26,179 nt of DNA, from IMG/VR virus record IMGVR_UViG_3300032234_000278, positions 1 to 26,179 of that record; one strand, given 5' to 3'. The position numbers and the translations under genes are program-made. The first letter of the stretch is position 1. Each line of letters begins with the position of its first letter. A model generated the notes under the pieces. That model did no database searches and was not told where the DNA came from. It saw only the letters and a list, made by a program, of their open reading frames with translations. Positions 1-8,092 of the stretch are shown one piece after another. This DNA is from a virus. Its lineage: Duplodnaviria; Caudoviricetes.

Positions 1-1
1 T

Positions 2-502
2 CGTCGTTTCCCTGAAGATAAAGTTGAGTTCTGTGTGTTCAGTGGTGCTCCACTACGCAGTAACAACGACAGTTACATGGCTCGTACTCGCAAGCTACAA
101 GCAGAAGGCAAACTTGTATTACATGAAGATCTAGAAAAGAATGAGTATTATGCTCTGCTCAACGATAGTCGTGTATTGTTTAACTGTGCTTTACAAGATT
201 GGGTCAGCAACACAGTATCAGAAGCAGATACACTTGGTGCTAATGTGTTATACCCAGCTTATAGATCATTCCCGGAGACATTTGGCAATGACGCAGATCG
301 TTTATATGTTCCTTGGTCAATGGACGATGCAATTAACAAGCTTCGTGTACTGTTGGCCGAACCGCACAAGAATATGGGCAAGATCAGCAACTGGACCAAT
401 GGCACAGTTGGTCGTATCTGCGACATTATCGAAGGCCGAGGTGAACAATGGTTGCGTATGTCAACTGACTACCGTAAGCACACACACGAAAGCAAGTTCT
501 AA
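2..502 (+). CDS. Glycosyltransferase (GT-B/GT4-like), C-terminal part; 5' end lies outside the window
   Basis: Frame is open from position 2 (RRFPEDKVEFCVFSG...). 'YYALLNDSRVLFNCALQDWVSNTVSEADTLGANVLYPAYRSFPE' resembles the GT4 C-terminal nucleotide-sugar-binding region. Coupled to the next gene by TAATG. Confidence 0.7.
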   Translation, partial: RRFPEDKVEFCVFSGAPLRSNNDSYMARTRKLQAEGKLVLHEDLEKNEYYALLNDSRVLFNCALQDWVSNTVSEADTLGANVLYPAYRSFPETFGNDADRLYVPWSMDDAINKLRVLLAEPHKNMGKISNWTNGTVGRICDIIEGRGEQWLRMSTDYRKHTHESKF

Positions 503-1506
503 TGGAAAAACCAACTAGAAAAGTTATTGTCACAGGCGGATGTGGCTACATTGGTAGTCACGTTGCACGAGCATTAAAAATGCAGGATGCAGGTTGTGAA
601 GTCATCATCATTGATCGTGTATTGCGTGAGCATACATTAAAAGACATTGATGGCTTCTTGCAAGCAGACTTTGCCAGCGACGAAGCATTAGCTCTTATTG
701 TTGACACAGAACCAGATGCAATTGTTCACTGTGCAGGAACTAGTTTAGTTGGGCCCAGTGTACTTGATCCAGGCGAATACTACGATAATAACGTGGCTAA
801 AACTATTCGCATGATGAACGTGCTAAAGAGCTTGAATAAAAAACCTATTGTTGTGTTTAGCAGTAGTGCTAGTGTTTATGGCGAACCAGAAACATTGCCT
901 ATCACAGAAAACGCTGTGGTTAATCCAATGAGTCCATATGGTTCAACTAAAGCAATGATTGAACGTGTGTTACAAGATTATCATAGTGCCTACGGTATTC
1001 CCAGTGTTTGCTTTAGATACTTTAATGCCGCAGGTGCAGAACCTATGGCATATGATCTAGGTCAAGAACCTCATGCCACACACATTGTTGCTCGAGTGCT
1101 AGAAGCAAAACTAAACAATCAACCCTTTACCTTATACGGCGACGACTACGACACTGAAGATGGTAGCTGTGTGCGTGACTATATCCATGTATGGGATTTA
1201 GCTATTGCACATATTCGTGCAATCGATTACATGGTAGAAAGTCTCAACAACGGATTTAACGGTGCCGCAATTTTTAATTTAGGTACAGGACAAGGTATTA
1301 GTAACTGGCAGATCATTAACTATGTCAGAGAAACCTACGGAGATCTTAGTGTTGTTGTTGGTCCTCGCAGAGCTGGTGATCCTAACGAACTAGTAGCAGA
1401 TGCCGAAACAGCAGAACGTGTAATGGGATGGGTGCCACAGTACAGCGACCTGGCTACTATTGTCGACACAGCCCACAAATGGTATTGTTTAAATAATGTT
1501 CGATAA
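502..1506 (+). CDS. galE: UDP-glucose 4-epimerase-like extended SDR
   Basis: TGGCGYIGSH Rossmann motif, FSSSASVYG, YGSTK catalytic YxxxK, FRYFNAAGA and DGSCVRDYIHV are all typical of GalE. Confidence 0.88.
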   Translation: MEKPTRKVIVTGGCGYIGSHVARALKMQDAGCEVIIIDRVLREHTLKDIDGFLQADFASDEALALIVDTEPDAIVHCAGTSLVGPSVLDPGEYYDNNVAKTIRMMNVLKSLNKKPIVVFSSSASVYGEPETLPITENAVVNPMSPYGSTKAMIERVLQDYHSAYGIPSVCFRYFNAAGAEPMAYDLGQEPHATHIVARVLEAKLNNQPFTLYGDDYDTEDGSCVRDYIHVWDLAIAHIRAIDYMVESLNNGFNGAAIFNLGTGQGISNWQIINYVRETYGDLSVVVGPRRAGDPNELVADAETAERVMGWVPQYSDLATIVDTAHKWYCLNNVR

Positions 1507-2077
1507 GCTATTCGAGTTCGAGCAAGCATTGGCAGAATACACAGGTGCTCCGTATGTAGTAGTTACAGATGGATGCACCCATGCCATTGAACTTTGCTTT
1601 AGACTGGATAGAATAACCTATACAGAATTTACAGCATTTACATATTTGAGTATCCCGCAGTTGATGCGTCAACTAAATGTAAGTTATGAATTAAAAACAG
1701 ACTATTGGTATACCGCAGGTGAATATCAATTCAGTCGTACTAACGTTTGGGATAGTGCTCGTTTGTTAAAACCTGGAATGTATAGACCAGGACAAAAACA
1801 ATGTCTAAGTTTCGGACACGGTAAACCATTGAGTATTGGTCGAGCTGGAGCCATACTGTTAGACAATGAAGGCGAATACCGAGAGCTAAGTCGCATGCGT
1901 AGCGATGGTCGTGATCTGCGTATTACACCATGGCAAACTCAAAAGACATTTGGCGAAGGCTACCATTATTGTCCCACACTAGAAACCTGTGCTTTGGGCA
2001 TAGAAAAATTGCCCGAAACTGATACACAACCTAAATATCATCAATATCCGGACTTGAGATTGCTTGACTTTCAATAA
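1496..2077 (+). CDS. Short DegT/DnrJ/EryC1/StrS-like PLP-dependent protein (193 aa)
   Basis: FEQALAEYTGAPYVVVTDGCTHAIEL at the N-terminus, WDSAR (cf. DAAQ) and LSFGHGKPLSIGRAGAI with the PLP lysine. About half the normal length. Confidence 0.72.
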   Translation: MFDKLFEFEQALAEYTGAPYVVVTDGCTHAIELCFRLDRITYTEFTAFTYLSIPQLMRQLNVSYELKTDYWYTAGEYQFSRTNVWDSARLLKPGMYRPGQKQCLSFGHGKPLSIGRAGAILLDNEGEYRELSRMRSDGRDLRITPWQTQKTFGEGYHYCPTLETCALGIEKLPETDTQPKYHQYPDLRLLDFQ

Positions 2078-2093
2078 CAAGTTCGCTTATACT
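2064..2093 (+). promoter_or_regulatory. sigma70-type promoter for folE
   Basis: TTGACT (2064-2069), 18-nt spacer, TATACT (2088-2093). SD GGAG at 2122-2125. Confidence 0.6.
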
Positions 2094-2133
2094 ACAACAG
2101 AGTCATCCACGACATTAACTCGGAGAATTACAA

Positions 2134-2883
2134 TTGACAGATAAAAAAGAAACAGCATTAGACGCAATGGCCGGTGACGGTGGTTATCAAGAAGAAAAAT
2201 ATCTTGGTAACTATCTTCGCTTTAAAATGAAACGTGAAGGTAAACGTTTCTGGGCAGGCGACAACATTAGCGATTACGTTAGTGAAGAAGATAAAGAACG
2301 ATTAATCAATGAAGCAACAGAAGCATTTGAAACTGTGCTTGATAGATTACTTATTGATCGCGAAACAGATCCTAACAGCCAAGGCACAGCACGTCGTCTT
2401 GCTAAAATGTACTTTAACGAAATTATGGCAGGTAGATATGATCCAGCACCAGATGCAACAGCTTTCCCAAATGACTCGCAAGATCGATATGAAGGAATGC
2501 TTGTGGTGCGTAGTGAGCTTCGTAGTATGTGTAGTCATCACCACCAACCTGTCAGTGGCGTTGCTTATATCGGGCTTATTGCCGCTCAAAAACTCATTGG
2601 CCTTAGCAAGTATACTCGCATTGCTCAGTGGTGTGCTCGTCGTGGCACATTACAAGAAGAGCTTGCTAATGACATTGCCCGCGAAATTATGAAAGCCACA
2701 GATGCCACAGATGTTGGCGTATATGTGCAGGCTGTACACGGATGTTGCGAGAATCGTGGTATCATGGCACATAGTTCGTTGACACAAACAACTGTACTCA
2801 AAGGTGCGTTTAAAGACGATATCAGTACAAAGAAAGAGTTTTTCGATAACATTAAGTTACAACAGGACTTTGCTCCAAGATAA
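2134..2883 (+). CDS. folE: GTP cyclohydrolase I
   Basis: SMCSHHHQP and HGCCENRG Zn-ligand motifs, IGLSKYTRI, LQEELANDIA. TTG start with a GGAG SD. Confidence 0.93.
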   Translation: MTDKKETALDAMAGDGGYQEEKYLGNYLRFKMKREGKRFWAGDNISDYVSEEDKERLINEATEAFETVLDRLLIDRETDPNSQGTARRLAKMYFNEIMAGRYDPAPDATAFPNDSQDRYEGMLVVRSELRSMCSHHHQPVSGVAYIGLIAAQKLIGLSKYTRIAQWCARRGTLQEELANDIAREIMKATDATDVGVYVQAVHGCCENRGIMAHSSLTQTTVLKGAFKDDISTKKEFFDNIKLQQDFAPR

Positions 2884-2894
2884 AAGGAAGTGCC

Positions 2895-3353
2895 ATGAAA
2901 TGGTTTCTAGATTGGTTAGAACGACGTGGTCGCAAACGTATTGTTATGGATCGTGTAAACAACGAGCCGTACTTAGAAAGGTATTATGTTTTTCTTAAAG
3001 ACAGAAAATGGTTTCCATTTAACGTGTTTGTACACAAGTTTCTTAAATCAGATCCCGATGACCTGCACGATCATCCATGGCCTTACTTCACTTTAATACT
3101 TAAAGGCGGTTACTATGAATGGGTACCTCTCAAAACTAGCAACAACGACGTCATTGGTCAAAAGAAAGTATGGCGCGGTCCTGGTCATTTCCGCTTTTGT
3201 CGTCCTAGCTCATTACATCGTATTGAACTACATGAAAACATTGTAGCTTGGACATTGTTTATGCCCGGGCCTCATTTAAAAGATTGGGGATTCATTCATA
3301 AAGGGCAATGGGTACAACACGAACAATATCTTAACCATCGATCAGTTAAATGA
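2895..3353 (+). CDS. Cupin-fold (HxH...H) phage protein
   Basis: DDLHDHPW...ILKGGYYE...LHRIEL...WTLF metal-binding cupin pattern. AGGA SD. Confidence 0.65.
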   Translation: MKWFLDWLERRGRKRIVMDRVNNEPYLERYYVFLKDRKWFPFNVFVHKFLKSDPDDLHDHPWPYFTLILKGGYYEWVPLKTSNNDVIGQKKVWRGPGHFRFCRPSSLHRIELHENIVAWTLFMPGPHLKDWGFIHKGQWVQHEQYLNHRSVK

Positions 3354-3670
3354 TGCACTTACCCCCGGGCGTAACAGTTAATTACTTTATTGCCTTTGAA
3401 TTAGATGTCATGACTCCTGAAATTGCTGAATGGTTTAACATGATTGGTGGCACAGTTACCCAAGACCAATACTGGGATAGCCGAGGTCGCGAAAAAATTG
3501 TAACAAATGTACAATACGGAAAAGGTAAACGCAGTTATTACCGCCAAGATGGGTCTGGGGGTATTAGAATTCAGTTCCACGGAGATGATGCTGTAACTGC
3601 TAGTGTGTTCTTGATTAAATTTATGGATCACATACAACAACACAACTTTAAAGAATATCAGAATGTCTAA
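3350..3670 (+). CDS. Hypothetical phage protein
   Basis: ATGA coupling to the upstream gene and overlap with the downstream start. Confidence 0.7.
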   Translation: MMHLPPGVTVNYFIAFELDVMTPEIAEWFNMIGGTVTQDQYWDSRGREKIVTNVQYGKGKRSYYRQDGSGGIRIQFHGDDAVTASVFLIKFMDHIQQHNFKEYQNV

Positions 3671-4217
3671 AGTTTATTACACACAAGAAAATGTAAATTC
3701 ATGGGTGCATCACATTATTCGTAGCATGTATGCGGAAAATTGGAAGCCCGACTATATTGTAGGTCTTACACGTGGGGGACTGGTTCCTGCTATCATGTTC
3801 AGCCACTATATGAATATCCCTATGCAGACACTCAATGTAAGTTTGCGTGACAGCAACGTTGGCCCAGAAAGCAATTTGTGGATGGCAGAAGATGCATTTG
3901 GTTACGTTACTCAAGACACTATTCCTGTGCCCGCAGATGCTGTACGTTCCGATCCTGCCCTACGCAAGAATATCCTCATTGTAGACGACATCAATGACTC
4001 GGGTGCAACGCTTAACTGGATTATGGAAGATTGGCAATCAGGATGTTTACCAAACGATCCTACATGGAACGATATTTGGAATAATAATGTGCGTTTTGCT
4101 GTAATGGTTAATAACGAAGCCAGCGAATTTAAAACTCCTGACTATGTTGGTAAAATTATTAACAAAGCCGAACGAGATGAATGGGTAGTATTTCCCTGGG
4201 AAGAATGGTGGCGATGA
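3663..4217 (+). CDS. Type I purine phosphoribosyltransferase (xanthine-guanine PRT-like)
   Basis: IVGLTRGGLVPA, PRPP-binding ILIVDDINDSGATL, C-terminal WVVFPWE. Confidence 0.85.
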   Translation: MSKVYYTQENVNSWVHHIIRSMYAENWKPDYIVGLTRGGLVPAIMFSHYMNIPMQTLNVSLRDSNVGPESNLWMAEDAFGYVTQDTIPVPADAVRSDPALRKNILIVDDINDSGATLNWIMEDWQSGCLPNDPTWNDIWNNNVRFAVMVNNEASEFKTPDYVGKIINKAERDEWVVFPWEEWWR

Positions 4218-5047
4218 GCGGGCACAACAACTGGTACTCAACATCATATCAGCCTGGTCAGAAAAACAGCGACATTGATTTCAGTGTCGCTTTTCATTTA
4301 ACCAAGCCTGCACCTAGCATGAGCTTTAGAGATGCCGCCGATTATACCGCAAGAGCTTTAAAAGAAAACTACAAGAATCTATATCTGGCACTCAGTGGCG
4401 GTATGGACAGTGAGGTAGTTGCAGAGGCATTGTATAGAAATAAAGTGCCGTTTACTCCAATTATATACAAAGAAGAAACTAGAGAACACTGGTATGCTAT
4501 GCGTTGGTGTAAAGCACGTGACATTACGCCCGTGATATTAGATGTTAACGATATTAAAGAAGATATTGTTAAATTTGTAATACAAAAAAGCCGAGCGTTG
4601 GATTTATCTAGTACACCTTGGCCGTTTATACTGTACATAAAAAATTATGTTGAAAGTCTAGGCGGCAGTTTAATCACAGGTGAAGCCGATTTACATTTAG
4701 ATACACAAGAGTATAACCAAGCACACGGACAGCCAAACTTATTTGAAGTTCCTAACTGGGCGTGTTTTACTGAAATAGAAAATCCAGGACAACACCCTGG
4801 TAGTTTTTTCTTATACACTCCTGAAATGATGCTGAGTATAGTAGAGAATACCGATCAAGGATTAAATACAGAAGAAGCCAAAGAAAAACTCTATAATATT
4901 CCTTTTAGAATTAAAACAAGAGGAAAAGATCTAACTAGACAATTACCTGATTGGGCCAGACAGTGGGGCAACGGACCCGGGCAAAGAATACAGCAATGGA
5001 CAAAACAAGATATTATCGCACAGCTGAAACTGAACAGTCAATACTAG
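4214..5047 (+). CDS. PP-loop (adenine nucleotide alpha-hydrolase-like) protein
   Basis: LYLALSGGMDSE (SGGxDS PP-loop) and a later LITGE. Start placed at the ATGA overlap at 4214 rather than 4181. Confidence 0.6.
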   Translation: MSGHNNWYSTSYQPGQKNSDIDFSVAFHLTKPAPSMSFRDAADYTARALKENYKNLYLALSGGMDSEVVAEALYRNKVPFTPIIYKEETREHWYAMRWCKARDITPVILDVNDIKEDIVKFVIQKSRALDLSSTPWPFILYIKNYVESLGGSLITGEADLHLDTQEYNQAHGQPNLFEVPNWACFTEIENPGQHPGSFFLYTPEMMLSIVENTDQGLNTEEAKEKLYNIPFRIKTRGKDLTRQLPDWARQWGNGPGQRIQQWTKQDIIAQLKLNSQY

Positions 5048-5604
5048 GATTCTATCCTGACCTGACAATTAAATTTGATTGGGTCAAATTAGTTAAGCAA
5101 GCAAGAACTGTGGCACAGCACTATGTACGCACCGACAAATTCAAAGATAATTTAAGTTATTTGTACGGACCTAGCCAAGTCAGTGATTTACCAGGCGGCG
5201 GTTGGATTAGCAAACAATCTGATAGTTATGATTTCTTTGTTATGGGCGGACACCCTGAGTTAAACTATCTAAGTGAACAGTTTGCACAGACATTTCCAGA
5301 ATTAACATTTAGCCCACCTACAATTGGCTACAGTACCAAAGACATACCAGAACACATTGACTACGAAGGCAACGGACTCAGTAGCTTAATTTTCCCGCTT
5401 AATGCTGTTGACAGTCACGGTCGTGTGGTTGGCGACAACGAAACTTTTGAGTACACATTCGATAAACCTGTAATTATCAACATCAATAGACTACACGGCG
5501 TTACCAACGATCAAGAACGCATTTGTTTTTGTATCCATTTTCATCAAACGGTTAGTCAAGTCAAAGAATCATTTGACAGACTAGGCCAAGTTGTAATACA
5601 ATAA
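4996..5604 (+). CDS. 2OG-Fe(II) oxygenase-like / jelly-roll protein
   Basis: PEHIDY (HxD) followed by NRLHGVTNDQERI (distal H and R). Start ATG 4996 is inferred. Confidence 0.5.
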   Translation: MDKTRYYRTAETEQSILGFYPDLTIKFDWVKLVKQARTVAQHYVRTDKFKDNLSYLYGPSQVSDLPGGGWISKQSDSYDFFVMGGHPELNYLSEQFAQTFPELTFSPPTIGYSTKDIPEHIDYEGNGLSSLIFPLNAVDSHGRVVGDNETFEYTFDKPVIININRLHGVTNDQERICFCIHFHQTVSQVKESFDRLGQVVIQ

Positions 5605-5607
5605 ATA
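5601..5607 (+). promoter_or_regulatory. T4-like late promoter box (ATAAATA)
   Basis: Matches the TATAAATA core and lies at the start of the 90-nt intergenic region before queD. Confidence 0.45.
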
Positions 5608-5618
5608 CTAGTTCAATC

Positions 5619-5686
5619 AGCGGCCTTTCTGGCATTCAACCCGCTATACAAATTCTGCAGGCCTATGCTATAATCTAACATAGGAG
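5619..5686 (+). promoter_or_regulatory. Structured 5' leader of queD (candidate cis-regulatory RNA)
   Basis: Pairings AGCGG/CCGCT, GCC/GGC, alternative GGCCT/AGGCC, and CCTATG/CATAGG covering part of the AGGAG SD. Confidence 0.5.
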
Positions 5687-5694
5687 AAAAAATA

Positions 5695-6234
5695 ATGGCA
5701 AAATATCTATCAACTAAAACTTATGGTAATGACCGCGGCTTATCATGCTGTTTCCGTCAATGGCGTTCAACACATAGTCACTGTTCATTACTACATGGAT
5801 ACTCAATTGGTATCAAACTAATTTTTGAATCAGAAACACTAGATGACCGCAATTGGGTTATGGACTTTGGTGGACTCAAAGCATTCAAAGAATGGTCCGA
5901 GTATATGTTTGATCATACCTTAGTAATTGCCCAAGATGATCCTCATCGTAGTATGTTTGAAAAAATGGCCGAACTAGGTTTACAAGATCAAGGCGGTGTG
6001 TGTGATGTACGTATTGTTGAGGGCGTAGGTTGCGAAAAGTTTGCTGAACTTGCTTACAAAACTATGGAAAATATTCTCAAGGCATTTCAAGCAGGTAACT
6101 CTTGGTTCCTTGTATCACAGGACGGAAATACCGTAAAAGAATTCAAGTGCCGTTATCCAGTAGGCCAAGGTGTTCGTTTGCGTAGTGTGGAAGTGTTTGA
6201 ACACAATGCAAACTCAGCAGTCTACGAAGGTTAA
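5695..6234 (+). CDS. queD: 6-carboxy-5,6,7,8-tetrahydropterin synthase (QueD/PTPS family)
   Basis: SHCSLLHGY, WVMDFGGLK, FDHTLVIAQDDP, GCEKFAE, VEVFEHNANSAVY. AGGAG SD. Confidence 0.88.
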   Translation: MAKYLSTKTYGNDRGLSCCFRQWRSTHSHCSLLHGYSIGIKLIFESETLDDRNWVMDFGGLKAFKEWSEYMFDHTLVIAQDDPHRSMFEKMAELGLQDQGGVCDVRIVEGVGCEKFAELAYKTMENILKAFQAGNSWFLVSQDGNTVKEFKCRYPVGQGVRLRSVEVFEHNANSAVYEG

Positions 6235-6247
6235 GTTAAAAATTACC

Positions 6248-6406
6248 TTGCGTAAATATTGGAGACTATGGGCAAAGGCTCTAGGCGAAAAAGCCGGAGC
6301 TACCAAGCAAGAAGCAGATCGTGTTGCACTAATACGATCTGCTATTGTCCTATGCTATATTGTAACTAATTTTTTCATTGTTGCAGGAGTTATAAGACAT
6401 TGGTAA
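6248..6406 (+). CDS. Small membrane-anchored phage protein (52 aa)
   Basis: WRLWAKALGEKAG...EADRVALIR followed by a hydrophobic helix ending RHW. TTG start at 6248 chosen to avoid overlap with queD. Confidence 0.65.
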   Translation: MRKYWRLWAKALGEKAGATKQEADRVALIRSAIVLCYIVTNFFIVAGVIRHW

Positions 6407-6855
6407 CACCATTATTAGAGCTGTGCATTACTTTCCTAGGATGGACCTTTTTATTATATTGGGTGCATAGAATTGTTCACGTTATGCCATTTGTTCAGCA
6501 TCTACACTGGAATCATCATTGGTATGTAAACAATCACGCAACTGGATGGCACTGGAGTAATTTGTTTTTATTCAATGACACATGGATCAGTACCATTGAC
6601 CTATGGATCACAGAAGTAATTCCTACTATCATATTTGCATGGGTGTTTGATGCATGGTGGGTGCTGGCATTTTATTATATCTGGGCCGCACTATTGCAAG
6701 AAGATCTAGAACACAATAAATTTGTTAATTGGTATCCCGTTACTTCAGGAAAGTGGCACCTAGTGCATCATCAACAAGCAGACCGAAACTTTGGTATTTT
6801 TATTCCGGTCTGGGACAAACTTTTCAAAACAGAATCTTGGACTACAAAAAACTAA
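6400..6855 (+). CDS. Fatty acid hydroxylase / sterol desaturase family protein
   Basis: Histidine boxes YWVHRIVH, HWNHH, EH and HLVHH, plus NFG...WDKLF; hydrophobic segments. Confidence 0.8.
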   Translation: MVTPLLELCITFLGWTFLLYWVHRIVHVMPFVQHLHWNHHWYVNNHATGWHWSNLFLFNDTWISTIDLWITEVIPTIIFAWVFDAWWVLAFYYIWAALLQEDLEHNKFVNWYPVTSGKWHLVHHQQADRNFGIFIPVWDKLFKTESWTTKN

Positions 6856-7874
6856 GACCACGCAATTACAGTTATTACATAGACCTAGTACGCACCGAAC
6901 TAGGTTTGCCGTTTATTGACTTGTATATAGATCCTACATTTTGGTGGGATCAACTACAGGACAGCGAGGCTGTAGTTAAGAAAATCATCTGGATCGACGA
7001 CGAGTGTATTACTACTCCACAAGGACGTTTGGATCGTGGAAGTCTATTCTTGTTTGATACTATAGCACAAAAACACACCGGTAGTATTGTTGTAGTTAAA
7101 ACCAAACAGATATATCATGAATTAATTGCTCGCGGGGTACGAGCAGTTTATTGTCCATGGTTGTTTGGTATTGACGATGCCGTTAGTTGCGTGAAAAGTC
7201 AGCAGTTGGCTCCAGTAAAGGTTGCAGATAATTCCTGGAAGAATTTCTTTTGTCTAAATAGAAATTATAGATTACACAAAAGTTATACAGTGAAATACCT
7301 ACGCCCTATTGTCAATCATGGTTATGTAACTGCTAATGATTCAGGATTCAAACGCTATCCTGGACTAGCACCATTTGATCCTATGACCGATTATTTGAAT
7401 TTTCCGGGTGTGGGATTTGAACGAGTTTGTGTATACAGTCACCGAACCAATACAAGAGTAAGCAGTAACAGTAGAAACTATGCCAACCTACATAACAGCA
7501 TCAATGCTTGCATAAATATTGTTACAGAAACTTCAACTAGACCCTTTTTCCCAACTGAAAAAACACTACTACCTATTGCAACTGGCCGTATGGGCATATG
7601 GATTGGCGAGCCCGGTTTGGTAGCACAAGTACGTGAGCAAGGGTTTGATGTATTCGATGATAAGATTAACCACAGTTACGATACTGTAACTAATCCAAAA
7701 CACCGCATCCAAAAAGCAATTAACGATAATTTAACGATTTTGACTAAACCCGATGCCATAGAGGTTTACAATTCAGTGCAAAATCGTTTACAATACAATC
7801 AAGATCTATTTTTAGGCAAGTGGTTAGACAGCACTTGCGAAAAATTACTCAACGACATTAAAGCATTATTATGA
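6837..7874 (+). CDS. Putative glycosyltransferase-like (GT10-like) viral protein
   Basis: FFCLNR and INIVTET...FPTEKT...P...G...GF..F...INHSYD resemble the fucosyltransferase-like C-terminal domain. Start uncertain (TTG 6837 vs 6729). Confidence 0.5.
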   Translation: MDYKKLRPRNYSYYIDLVRTELGLPFIDLYIDPTFWWDQLQDSEAVVKKIIWIDDECITTPQGRLDRGSLFLFDTIAQKHTGSIVVVKTKQIYHELIARGVRAVYCPWLFGIDDAVSCVKSQQLAPVKVADNSWKNFFCLNRNYRLHKSYTVKYLRPIVNHGYVTANDSGFKRYPGLAPFDPMTDYLNFPGVGFERVCVYSHRTNTRVSSNSRNYANLHNSINACINIVTETSTRPFFPTEKTLLPIATGRMGIWIGEPGLVAQVREQGFDVFDDKINHSYDTVTNPKHRIQKAINDNLTILTKPDAIEVYNSVQNRLQYNQDLFLGKWLDSTCEKLLNDIKALL

Positions 7875-8092
7875 TAGCATTACTAACACAACTATTAACT
7901 AGTTTTACTGCCACAGGTATAATTACCCTGGTTGTAACTCACATGCACCAAGATAGTTTGTCAATTGAATGGCTGTTATGGTTTTTGCATTGGCTTGTAG
8001 CGTGGCCTATAGCATTTTCTACTGTCAGATGGATAGCTCCTGTTTATCAAAAATTTTTTATGAAAGCATTAAATGAAAATCAAAGTAAGTGA
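7871..8092 (+). CDS. Small two-helix membrane protein (DUF2798-like)
   Basis: Two hydrophobic helices with a WLVAWPIAF motif. ATGA coupling. Confidence 0.55.
   Translation: MIALLTQLLTSFTATGIITLVVTHMHQDSLSIEWLLWFLHWLVAWPIAFSTVRWIAPVYQKFFMKALNENQSK

Noticed and set aside
4214-5047. Calling the PP-loop ORF queC
   Set aside because: Only SGGxDS is shared; the QueC Zn-binding cysteine cluster and other QueC motifs are absent.
5619-5686. Canonical preQ1 riboswitch before queD
   Set aside because: No preQ1-I-type stem-loop with an A-rich 3' tail is visible. Kept only as an unclassified candidate.
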